From Camelus ferus (Eukaryota): a DNA stretch of 64,000 bases. Positions 12,271 to 23,950 of this stretch are shown here, one piece after another; position 1 is the stretch's first letter; each line of letters starts with the position of its first letter. The position numbers and the translations under genes are program-made. A model generated the notes under the pieces. The model saw only the letters and a program-made list of their open reading frames with translations. It was not told where the DNA came from and searched no databases. The stretch covers positions 88,972,001-89,036,000 of the forward strand of contig NC_045697.1 in NCBI RefSeq assembly GCF_009834535.1. The letters are read 5' to 3'.

Positions 12271-14604
12271 CCCGATCTAGTCACTTATTAATTGAACAAT
12301 TAAATGTCAGTTACAAGGGAGAAAAAAAAGGATGATGAACCAGAGACAGTTTTTTTTGTGTATGTGTGTGTGTGTGAGCTTTATAAAGATGTGACAAGAT
12401 GTTAATAAGGAAAGGTATTACACAGATAGGCTATTGATAGACAGTTTTAGGAAATTTAAAGCAGTCATGCTTGTGTAATGCTTGAAACTGAGTGTAAATT
12501 AATGTAGGGGTATATTTTTAAGTCCACATGATGAAGTCCTAAAATGTTCTGTAGCCTACAGACAGTTCTGAATATTTGAGAAACACATATCATTATTTCT
12601 ACTGCCTTTTAATGACTTCTCCCTCCGGCAAATGAATTTGCTCTTTCAAAAGTCAAAAACAATCTCACCTCAATTCTAAACATTCATGTGCTCTCTGTAA
12701 CACTTGGCCTTTGTTTCTCTCTTAGACCCTGAAGCTGGGCAAATTGGTTATTTTGATCTTCCCTTGTTTTCCTGTCTACATTATCTCCCTCACAGAACCA
12801 TCTGCTGCTATGGCTATAAGCATTACTAAAGCTTTAGTTTTCAAAAGTGATTGTAAAGTGTTACGTTCCCTCTACAGTCTGCTCTACCCTGACTCCATTT
12901 TCCCACATCGCAGGCAGGAAAATTCAGAGTAACCAAAGATTCCTGCCTTTGCTTTCTTATTCCCACATCTAATTTACTGTCAGATACTAGATATTAATTC
13001 CCACGTTTCTCACATATATTACATCTGTTTTATTGTGACTGTCCACCATCTCTGTAAGACAGATGATTATTCACTGCAAGAAATGCCTGACTTGTCTCTC
13101 TCCTGCTTTCCCTCAATGTTAATTTATGTTACTCAAATCTTACAGATTAATCTTTTCTTAAGTGAACTTCGTAGTTCTCTGTTCATAATGGCCTAACAGC
13201 TGGCCAATTTTATTGATTTAAACACAAACCCACTAACCCTGACATTCAAGAAGCTCCTAATAAGTTTCCTGTTCTAATATAGTAAGGACTATGTAGGCAT
13301 TTACTCATTTTTATTAAAATTATTATTACTCTTATTACTGCTATTAGCAGCCATAGTAGCAGCAGCAGTAGCACCAGTAGTCTCACTATACTTTACTGAT
13401 ATATTTTGGGGGTTCAAAAAACCCAACTATAGTATTTCAAATTTGCCCTTCTACTTTCAAATCAACCTTCAAAGTATTCCATTCGTTTTCATGTAACTAC
13501 CTGATCATTAGGGTGGAAGTGTGGGTAGGGTCCTTATAGTATCCTCTCCTTTCCTTTACACCTTCCTACTTCTTCCAGTAGCCCCTGAGGAATTGTCTCT
13601 GAAGTCTTAAACGTCCTGATTACAGTTTTAAAACTCCTCGTAATATGACGGTCCTCTCTCTACTAGTGATATTACCTCCTTAGATCACATATTTCTTCAG
13701 GTTAAAGACTGTCTCAATTTTTTTGGTATTATCTTAATATAATGTAGAATAGCATGTTGCACATAATAAACAGTTGATAAATATTATTTAATAATTGTGA
13801 AATAATGATATTTAATAAATTATTAAAATATATATACTTTGACATATTTCAATCTTATGTTATAGCAATTTTGCTGGCTAGAAATGCACTGACTTGTGAA
13901 AGGGCAGAGCATCACTAGGGAAATCACTCATTTGATCAAAAATCTATCATTTCTTTCCATTGGTTTGCATTTAAATATCTAGAAATGCACTTTCTACAGA
14001 TGAATAGGTTTTGTGGGGGGGCTCTTTCAGAATACTTATAAAAATCTTAAATAAAATCAGATTCAGTATCCAAGTGTGGAAGATATTTGAGGAATATATA
14101 TCAAGACAAGTTCTTGCTTACTTCTCTTCTTTGTTTCATACAGTTTAGATAATTTTCCATCTATGAAAAAGATCGTTTTACTCATAGTTTCAAAGTAACT
14201 TGGTTATATATTAAGTTTATAAAAATCTATTAAAAATTGTCTTTCTTTTTTGCCAAAGCTTTTCAAGAATAGAAATTTGTTGCATTTTTTAAGTGGTTTG
14301 CAGATACCAGAAAAAATTACAATTAAATATATTATTTAAAAAAATATATATAAAGTTGAATAACAAAGAGTGATTAATGAGTGTCAGAACTATATGAAGG
14401 AATTTGCTGTAAAGATAACCAAGCCATATTTAAAACAAGATTTTATTGTGTAATATTTCACATCAGATAATGCCTCATAAATAATAACTTTTTAACTCAA
14501 ATCTACCAACATGAATCTGAAGGTTGATAATCATATACCATTAACTATAACAAAAAAAAAGTTGTATAAACTAGTTTCAGTTCCTATAGAATACAATTTT
14601 AAAC

Positions 14605-15240
14605 ATTCAAATTTGCTCCTGGGCATATATGCAGAAGGAACCCTACTTCAAAAAGACACCTGCACCCCAGTGTTCATAGCAGCACTATTCACAATAGCCA
14701 AGACATGGAAACAGCCTAAATGTCCATCAACAGATGACTGGATAAAGAAGATGTGGTATATTTATACAATGGAATACTATACAGCTATAAAATGACAACA
14801 TAATGCCATTTGCAGCAACATGGATGTCCCTGGAGAACGTTATTCTAAGTGAAGTAAGCCAGAAAGAGAAAAATACCATATGAGATCGCTCATATGTGGA
14901 ATCTAAAAAAAAAAGAACATAAATACAAAACAGAAACAGACTCATAGACATAGAATACAAACTTGTGGTTGCCAAGGGGGAGGAGGGTGGGAAGGGATAG
15001 ACTGGGAGTTTGAAATTTGTAGATACTGACAGGCATATGTAGAATAGATAAATAAGATTATACTGTATAGCACAGGGAAATATATACAAGGTCTTGTGGT
15101 AGCTCACAGCAATAAAGAATGCAACAATGAATATATGTATGTTCATGTATAACTGAAAAACTGTCCTGTACACTGGAAATTGACACAACATTGTAAACTG
15201 ACAATAACTCAGTAAAAAATGTTAAAAAAAATAAATAAAT
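14605..15240 (+). mobile_element. 5'-truncated, relatively young LINE-1 (ORF2 C-terminus, 3' UTR, A-rich tail)
   Basis: ORF 14511..14795 contains 'LLGIYAEG...DTCTPVFIAALFTIAKTWKQPKCPSTDDWIKKMWYIYTMEYYTAIK' (L1 ORF2 C-terminal motif); 3' UTR and A tail follow; possible short TSD 'tacaatttt' at 14592-14600 and 15255-15263. Confidence 0.95.
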
Positions 15241-15519
15241 TTTAAAAATGAAAGTACAATTTTTGTATTTTTTCATTTAAAAATTATATTTTATATACCT
15301 TAGTGACTATTCTAAATGGGAACATTTAACCCTTGGTTAAAATGATTTTTTGTGAATATTTAATAGTAAAAAAGCCACTACTATTTTATAATACATATTT
15401 TGAATGTTGGTGTTACTATTTTTTTGTAATTTAATGGTTTCTATACACACAGATTAATTTTTGTTTCTAGGTATTGCACATAAATGAACTCCATATAACT
15501 TTTTGTGACCTTACGCATG

Positions 15520-15670
15520 CTACAGTAGACCTCTGCTTCTCAGTTTCCTCCTCTATAATATGTGAATAATACTACCTACTCCATTGTATCATTGTGAAGA
15601 GTGAGCAAATTAATACATATAAAATCTGCAATATGATTCCTGGGACAAACTTTCAACAAATATAAGCTGT
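15520..15670 (+). mobile_element. MIR fragment
   Basis: 'ctctgcttctcagtttcctcctctataatatgtgaataatactacctact...tgtgaagagtga'. Confidence 0.7.
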
Positions 15671-17891
15671 ACAGATTCTAGTATGAACAATAGAAATAAA
15701 TATGTTTTCAAAGAAGCAAAGGGACATTTTGAATCTCTGTCCTCCCCGCTGGACAGAAAATACTGAGAAAGAAGTGCCCATGTCTATGTAAGTCCCCCCA
15801 GACTCCCCTGGTCTCGCAGAGTGCCTGGCACAGGGGACTCGTAACGGCCATTCACTGAGTCAATAACTGGTTTAAAGACCAAACTGGTTAGACTATGAGA
15901 AGACTGCATGACTTAATAAGGCGTTCCCTCTTACTTGCTATGAATCCAGAGCCAGTAATTATGTATTGTTTGATGTGTAATTGGTATTATATTAAATTAA
16001 ATTAAATTAACTTGTGGGTTAATAATTTGAGCAGTTTTCTATACTATGATTTAGCCTTGTTAAGACAATAAACAACTAACAAACTCCATTTCACTGCAAT
16101 TTTTTCTTATGCAACTTGATAACAATCTACAAGACATTTAAATAGTTACATTTAATGGGTAGTTCATATTTTTTGTGAATATTTGTATTTTTATTATAAA
16201 ATATACATGAAACAACAATAAAATATTATTTGTCATTTACTTAAAATATGCAACGTGATACATAAATAATAAGAATTTTAACAAGTTTATGTCTAAGATT
16301 TACATTCATTTTTTTATTCCCTACCCTTAAAATCTTTTCCTTTACCTTACGGCATTACCGAGTATCTAACTTTTTATAAGATTATAAACGAAAAATAAAA
16401 CTTTTTATGAGCAAAGAGATATTGTTTATCCTATATTTACCAAATGTATGCCTCATTCATCATTTGTGATTATTAATTAATCTTTCAATGTTTGTCCTTT
16501 TTGTTGATATCAGCAACACACTGTTAAAACAAAATGCTATCTTTTAAAGAGCAATTCTTTATATTGGTATGCCTTCAAAATTAATGCATGTCTCATAAGC
16601 AAAATATTTACACCTAATGCATAAAACCAAGAACTTCTATTTTTCGTATCATCCACATTATAGAAGCCTGTTATACAACATGACACAGTAAATGTATGTT
16701 TGCAAAGTGAAGATCTGCCAAATATTTATGTCACAGTATACAGGGTTATCCGATTGTGTAATGGAAAAACCCTGTCACAGCACAGAACACCAGGGCTAGT
16801 TTCAAGTTGCTGTGAGAACCTAACTTTTGAATCTTCTGATTTATGTAGGCTTCAACATCTCAGCTTAACACTGATCTACCTTAGTTACATTTAGACTTAC
16901 ATGCATGTGATCTGTTAATGGGAGTATGTGTGTGTGAATACACAGGTGTGTGCTCACATATACAGGAGGCCTCAAATACACGGAGCCCTGCACAGCCATG
17001 GAAATCCATGGGCGGATTATCACCAGCAATTGCAGGGAAGACAGTCTTGTAAGGGTACTTGGATCCTAAGGTAGGTATTAAAGCTAAAATAACATGCGTC
17101 AAAGAGAAGAAGAATGGCCTCATATGCTGTTTTTACATATGGAACAGATTAATTTTAGTAAGTTGGCAACAAATGTATTCTTGCAATCAACTGTCAATCT
17201 ACTAAATTTTTATTAGCTTCATTAGAATTTGGCTTCAATTAGGATCCTCTGAGGGGAACAGAGCCATAGGCCCCCAAAACTCAATTTTCTATCAAATAAT
17301 TCAATATGTTCTAAAATTTAAACTAAAAACTCTATTTCATTGGTTGAATATGCCCTAGAATTAGAAATGTAATTTGGGAATCAGAGCCACATTCTGCATT
17401 CTTCATCCAGTCACCAACAAAGTAGCAATAAAGTGTTACAGAATTATATTAAAATAAGTTTTCCTTAGGTAAATTTGTCATCATTTAAGTTCCTACTCCT
17501 AAATGCTAGTATGAACATGGTCTGGTCAGGAAAATAACTGTTATTAGTATGTGGATTTTTATTTTAAGTGATTTGCTTGTAGAACTGAAAGACAAAACCT
17601 GGATTGTTATTCTAAAAAAGTAATAACCTTAGGCTAATTTCTAAAAGAAATGTAATTTGAGTTAGGGCAAAGCAGACTAAAGACCAGGTTTCTCATAAAG
17701 CATTTGTTTACACAGTTCATTTCAACAAACATTTCCTGAGGTTCTACTGGGGGTAAGACTGCCCAAGAGGTCAGATCCAGAAGACCCCTCTATAAGAGAA
17801 GGAAAGAAGAGAGAGACAGTTCTGAAAGGTGGACTGGTCAAAAAATCACATACTCTCGAGGTTAGGAAGTTGTGATCTTAAAAATCACTAG

Positions 17892-18040
17892 CACAATGGT
17901 CCTTAAATTTTGATATTTCTTAGAACCACGTGGGAGACTTATACAAGGACAGACATCCTGTAGCTTTATCCTCTTGAAGGAGCCCTTGCCTCTGTGTTCC
18001 TTATTGGGTCTCCAAATGATTTATTACACAACTTTGAAGA
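17892..18040. mobile_element. MER5-like hAT MITE remnant
   Basis: 'caatggtccttaaattttga...ttagaaccacgtgggagactt...ctccaaatgatttatt...aactttgaaga'. Confidence 0.5.
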
Positions 18041-19869
18041 TAGTGTACCGAATGCCTGGGAGTAAAAAGGTGGAGCAGAAACACCAACGTGAATTCAAGA
18101 AGCGACTGGATATTTGAGCTGTTGGCAATGTAGACAGCTCTTTTGACATGGAGGTCAGTGAAAATGCAGAGAGAGGGAATAATGCTAGGAAAAGTAGTCC
18201 AGTCAAATGGAGAATGACAGGAAGGATGCCGTGATAGAATAGTCCAGTCAAAGACAGGTGTACAGTGTCAGGGAAGAGACAGTGAAGAGACAGAAGTAAG
18301 CAAGGAAGAGAAGGATCCAAGTGTTAGAAGAGATTAAGGTAATCAGATTCAGAACTCTGCTGCAAAGACTAACTGGAGAAAGAAGGCCATTTTTTCCCTT
18401 GAGGCAAAAAGGAGAAGACAAATAAAGACAGTAAAATTGAGACGTGGGGGCGGGGGGTGGATATTAAGGGAATTGTGTAAAAATGTCTTCATGGGCTGAA
18501 GATAAAGGGAGTACGAGTGTATCCGTAGTTAAGAGACAACAGAAACAAAGATGGCTGGTTTTACAAGAAGTTGCTTAGTGATTCAGCAAAAAGACTTACA
18601 ACAACACCAAGTTTGAGGGACTCTATTCTATCACGTTAGTGAGAATGTTTTATTAGGCGTTTTATACCATATCTAAAATTTACTGAAATGAAAGACATAC
18701 TGAATAAATATTAGTTTATTTCCTACTTTGAAAAGAACTGAAATTTATACTTTTCATCCTAATTGTATTTTTTCAGTCATCATCAGAGATTGTTCTTCAG
18801 ATCATTCATTTTCTATGGATGTCGGGTACATAAACTTCATAATAAGCAAGAAAGGGGAGTATTGGTGAGAATTTTTACACTCCAATTAAATATACACAAT
18901 GGGGGTAATAGGAATAAAAATACATTTCCTTTTCTTCCTGATTCATATCCTTTCATGGCCTTTGATTAGCATTTTGTTTGCTCAGAAAAGTAGAGTGGAC
19001 TCACCTGGCGTGGGAAGAGATGTCCATGATGAGCTTGGAGTCTCAAAGGGACTTTCTAGAGTCCATAAAATGAAAATAGTTCCCAAGTTTCATTGAAAAG
19101 ATAATGATTTTTTTTGTTACTTGTATTCTATTTAACATGTCAAAAGCTGGGAAAAAATCCTACTATATGAGAGAGAACTCAGCTTTTGATATGAAGGAAT
19201 ACGAAAAACCCAAACTTCCAGTCCAGTGGAATTATAGGGAGGAAAAGAGGGTCAAAAATGGAAGCAGAAACAGAGAGAGGATAAAACTCCCATGTGCCTC
19301 CTCATTCACAGTCTGGAATCCTAGAGCAAGGCCTGGGAAAGGTTGAGGGGTAAGCCAAAAACAGGATTTCCCACATGGGACTCTGGGAGGAGTCTGCCTT
19401 GCAGGATTCTCCGTTTATTAACTGGTATAGGAAAATTTGAGTAAATTAATAGTTGACAAGGTTGAGCAGATGGAGAGCATATGATTACTTCCTAATCTCT
19501 CCAACTCCAACCCCTACATATACACACATCCTTGAGTGGAGTGGAAAAGTCAAAAGTCCACATATGTCCGGGAGTAACAGCTGACAGTGCTGGGCTGGTG
19601 AGTTTACCAGGAAGGATAAAGCATCTGGAGTGAAATGATCCTGTAAGGAAGGTACAAAGCAGCAAAACAAGAAGCCAAGAAGAAATCACCGCAAAACCTC
19701 AAGAATAGGACATAATTCCATCCTGAGCTAAGATGTGGCTAAATCAAAGAGATAATTACTGAGTTCTAACCAATCTGAGAGTGGCAATAAATTCATTCAG
19801 TCAATATTTATTGGCTATCCACTATATGGCATTTATGGTTGTAAAAATTGGGGACATCAGCCTATGTCT

Positions 19870-20775
19870 ATCAAAGAAGCCAAACTAATAATTCATAACC
19901 TTCTAAAACAGAAAGCACAAGGTTCAGATGGTTTCACTGATGAATCTTACCAAATATTTAAGAAAAATGTACACCAACTCACTACAATCTCTTTCAGAGG
20001 CTAAGAGCAGAGAAAATACTTCTTAATGCATTCTATGAGACAGTATGACCTTAATACCAAATCCAGACAAAGATATTACAAGAAAACTACAGAACAATAT
20101 TTCTCATGAATATGGATCCAAAAATTCTTAACAAAATATTAGAAAATCAAATCTAACAATGCATGAAAAACTTATAAACCATGACCAAGTGGAATTTATC
20201 CCAAGTATGCAAGGCTGTTTCAACATTCGAAAATCAATCAGTGTAATTCATGACATCAACAGACTAAAAAAGAAAAATCAAGTGATTTTATCAATAGATA
20301 CCGAGAAAGCATTTGACAAAATCCAACACCCCTTCATGATAAAGACTGTTAGTAAAATAGGAATTGACTGAATCTTTCTCAAGTTGATAAAGACTATCTG
20401 CAAAAAAAACTTAACAGCTAACATCATACTTAGTGGTGAGAAACTCGAAGCTTTCACACGAAGATCAGGTGCAAGGCAAGAGCGGGCATCCTCGCCACTC
20501 ATTTTCAATATAGGGCTGATGGATACGTGTCATTTTATATTTGTCCAAATCCAGAGAATGTACAACACTGAGAGTGAACCCTAAGGTCAACTATGGACTT
20601 TGGGTGATTGTGATGTATCAGTATAGGTTCATCTTTGATAACAAATGTAGCATTCTGGTGAATGATGTTGTTAACGGCGAAGTCTCTGTGTGTATGAGGC
20701 AGGGGACATGCAGGAAATCTTTGTATCACCCTCTAAATTTTGTTGTCAGTCTAAACCTGATCTAAAAATAGTCTT
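19870..20775 (+). mobile_element. L1MC1-like LINE-1 with RT region joined directly to the 3' terminus
   Basis: ORFs 20159..20371 and 20384..20584 give '[24 protein letters not shown]...[19 protein letters not shown]' and 'TANIILSGEKLEAF...SGARQ...SPLIFNI' (L1 RT); from ~20515 'atggatacgtgtcatt...gagtgaaccctaaggtcaactatggactttgg' resembles the L1MC1/2 3' end. Confidence 0.9.
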
Positions 20776-22679
20776 TTGAAACAAAAAAGCAAAAACAGTG
20801 TCCTCACTGGCTGTTACTGGAATGAAATCTTTTTATTAGTGATTTTTCTGAAATCAGGTTTAAAAAAATTTTTTTGGTCATTGAGAGAAAGATTTTCTAA
20901 AACTTGTTCAAAAACAGAACAAAAGTCAGATATTTAAATTTCAAACAAATAGACGTCATAAATTAATATAGGTTTATTTTTATTTAAAATAACTTTGAAT
21001 CATAATTCATTAATTTAAAGCACTGAAGTTACTGAATTTATAAATCAAGGTTTTATTCATGACATTTTGTTTATAATTTAGTTTATCTGGGCCATGTTTA
21101 GGAAATACAATGACAATAACTGCTATAAATAAGTGATTTATATAATTTATTGTCATAACTGTGATTCTGTTGATACTCAAACAAGGCACTAATATCACCC
21201 TGAGAGAACAGGTAAAATCAGGGCAATCATGCAGTTCACAGAATGCTCAACATACCTGGAAGAGTATGAGTGTTCAGACTACACAGATTAAAAGATCTAT
21301 AGTTGAATAGTGTATATAGTTTGTTAGATGTTAAGATACTGTAATGTAAATCTTCCTCATTCTTAAAAAAAAAAAACTGTATTGGAAATTCTTTAGGAGA
21401 ATATAAATCCTTGTGAATACATATAGAAAATAAGAGTTATAAGTCCTCATAAAAGGATGTCCTTGCTTCTAAAACATCAGAGACATAATTTATTTGTTTG
21501 ATAGTATTGTGGCTGTTAATTATTTATAATTTCTATGCTCAATTACCCATGTAAGTTTCAGAATTATCACTGAGTTCCAAAGCACACACTTCTAGTCCCT
21601 ACCTCTAAAATTACATTTATACTATGTCAAGATCTTTTTTCTGGAACAGGCATCTCAAAGAGTTTCAGCCTTTTTCCCATCTTCTAACTGGTAAGACAAA
21701 GATTCAACAGATATGCTAGAACATAGCTTTAATTGTATAATCAGCGATCATTGTGTCTCTGACTTATTAGAAAAGTAAGACTGTTACAGATGGAAAAACA
21801 GTATTTCTTAGTGAAACCAGATTGGGGAGAATGAGTGTTGGCTGATGATCAGAACCAGTGGAAGAAGAGTTTTTATTAATTGGGCCAGATGGAGACCATT
21901 AATAGCAATAATGTGGAAAATAATTAAATTAAACTGATAGCTGTTAATTAGCACTATATAAATGCCTCTGACATAAGTTTATAAAAAGCTCACTTCTTGA
22001 AATTAAGTTCTTCCTTGATTTTGCTCTTAGACTTTTTTTTTTCTTTGGTGTAGTGATACCAAGCCATCAGAATTTGCTCATTGCATGTGGTAGCCATGAT
22101 GAAGTGATTCCTTCATTTAAAAAATACATATAAAACTATTAATTAAGCACTGTACTGGGTGCCAGTAACAACTAGGAACAATGGTAACTTAAATATCTTG
22201 CAGGGGGTTTGGAACTCAGGTCACAGCAAATTTCAGAAGGCAGAGAATTCAGGACATTAAGAAGAAAATGAATAATTTATATACACATTATTTTTAATAC
22301 ATGACAAAACTATCTATATAAAATATACACATTATATATAAATTTACCCCAGATATGGCTTGGTATATACATAGCAAAAAGTACAAGTGTAATTTGTTGT
22401 TCAGTAAGTTTTAAGTCCCTTCCTTCCTTTTATTCTCCCTCCCTTTTCCCTTTCCTTCTTTCTACTTATTTATTTTTCTGAAGGAAACTGAGTGCCTGCA
22501 AAATGAAATAAATTTTCTTGAAGTCTTACAGTTACAGCCAGAGTTCTTTGAGAAAAATAAGACAGCAAATCTGGCAAGCAGGGTTTTATTTGCGTGAGAG
22601 CTATGGGTCACATGGAAAGAATTTGGATGGTAATTTTGGAGGCAATAATCTAGTGCTTTGATACCAGGAATAAGATGTT

Positions 22680-22810
22680 AAAGCCAAAGAGAAGAGCTGA
22701 CAGCTGTCATCCAAGTCTTGAAAAGATGTACTTGAAGGTGAGAGAGAGTTGATAGAGACACTCTGTTTTCAGAGGCAAATTTGGAGTAGTAAGTGACATC
22801 TAGTAATGTT
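22680..22810 (+). mobile_element. L3/CR1 fragment
   Basis: 'tgacagctgtcatccaagtcttgaaaagatg...tctgttttcagaggcaaatttgg' resembles the L3 3' region. Confidence 0.5.
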
Positions 22811-23389
22811 GCACATATCAGTGCCACCTAATTGAGGAGGCTGTAGAATAAAATAATCCTTGAGGACCATGGAAGTATAAGCATTTAGCAGTCAGGCCAT
22901 CCAAGTTTAGCTGGAAATCTTGGCTTAAAAAAAAAATTGTTGTCATTGATGAAACCAACCACAGTGGCTTTGACGTCAATAGTTAAGCAGAGCAAAGATT
23001 TGTAGGCAAAATCATGATAATAATTTTGTCTAGATTCATAATTGAAAAATCAGGGTTTTTAATAAACACATCAAGTTAAGTAAATGATAATAAATTAGTA
23101 GACAAGTAAATTATTTTGATACTCAGAATCAATGAATGAAAAATATTATCAATGAGGCCGCATTTAAAATTAAATGGGGTAAATATACAAACAATTATAA
23201 TAAACTTAAGAGTAAAGAAAAAATGGAAAAAAGTAAAACAAAAGAGTAATTTCCTTTTAACTAATCATTACAGAAAGTTTATAATCCACTTGGAAAATAG
23301 ACAAATATATTATTAACAGTTGTTCAGAAAGTTGTCCATTTTCCCCCCTTGACAAAAACTTTTCTATTTAAAACAATGAGATAGAAGAT

Positions 23390-23830
23390 TGACTTCTAGC
23401 AAGATAGCGTGAAAGGCCCCACTAACCTGTGAAACTGGTGAAAATTGTTTTTAAAACTCAACCATCTAAAGCCTGAGTAAGTGGTCCTAAAAGGAAACAA
23501 CAAACAAAGAAAGACCTCTTCAAGAAAATCTACAGAAAATTCAGGAAGAAAGGCAGGAGACTGTGGTATATGAACCAAGGTGACCCTCTGCTTTGATGCT
23601 CCCAGCTCAGCAAGGCAGACAGCCATTCTTCATGGCTGTAGCTCCCCTGCCCTTGAGATCCCAGTCCAAAAGGCTCTCTTCCTGGGAGGGGCCTGTCTTC
23701 AGGATTTTCCCTCCTTGCCCAGCTAACTGTTGCCTAGACTAAGTCCTGAGCAAGCGGTTGAGAGGACATGGCACCCTTCTTTTGTCCAGATCCTACTCAC
23801 GAGCTGGAGACTGGACCTCAGGCACGGTGT
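23390..23830 (+). mobile_element. Ancient LINE-1 5' UTR fragment (L1M4-like)
   Basis: 'gacttctagcaagatagcg...aaccatctaaagcctg...ggtcctaaaagg...ttcaagaaaatctac...ctgtggtatatgaaccaag'. Confidence 0.65.
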
Positions 23831-23864
23831 ACAGAGAATACTGGGGTCCCCATTGCTGTCTCCC

Positions 23865-23950
23865 TGGCCTGTGTCTGATTTATTTTTCCCCAAGACCTAT
23901 CAGAGTGTCCCTCACAGAGTTGGTGCTCAATAAATACTAGCTAGAAAGAA
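23865..23950 (+). mobile_element. L2 3' end
   Basis: 'cagagttggtgctcaataaatactagctagaaagaa'. Confidence 0.65.

Noticed and set aside
12528..12572. Box C/D snoRNA (ATGATGA...CTGA)
   Set aside because: Too short and no terminal stem
14727..15191. 154-aa minus-strand ORF
   Set aside because: Antisense reading of an L1 3' end
18195..18252. 13-bp direct repeat with spacer (CRISPR-like)
   Set aside because: Only two short copies in mammalian DNA; a local duplication
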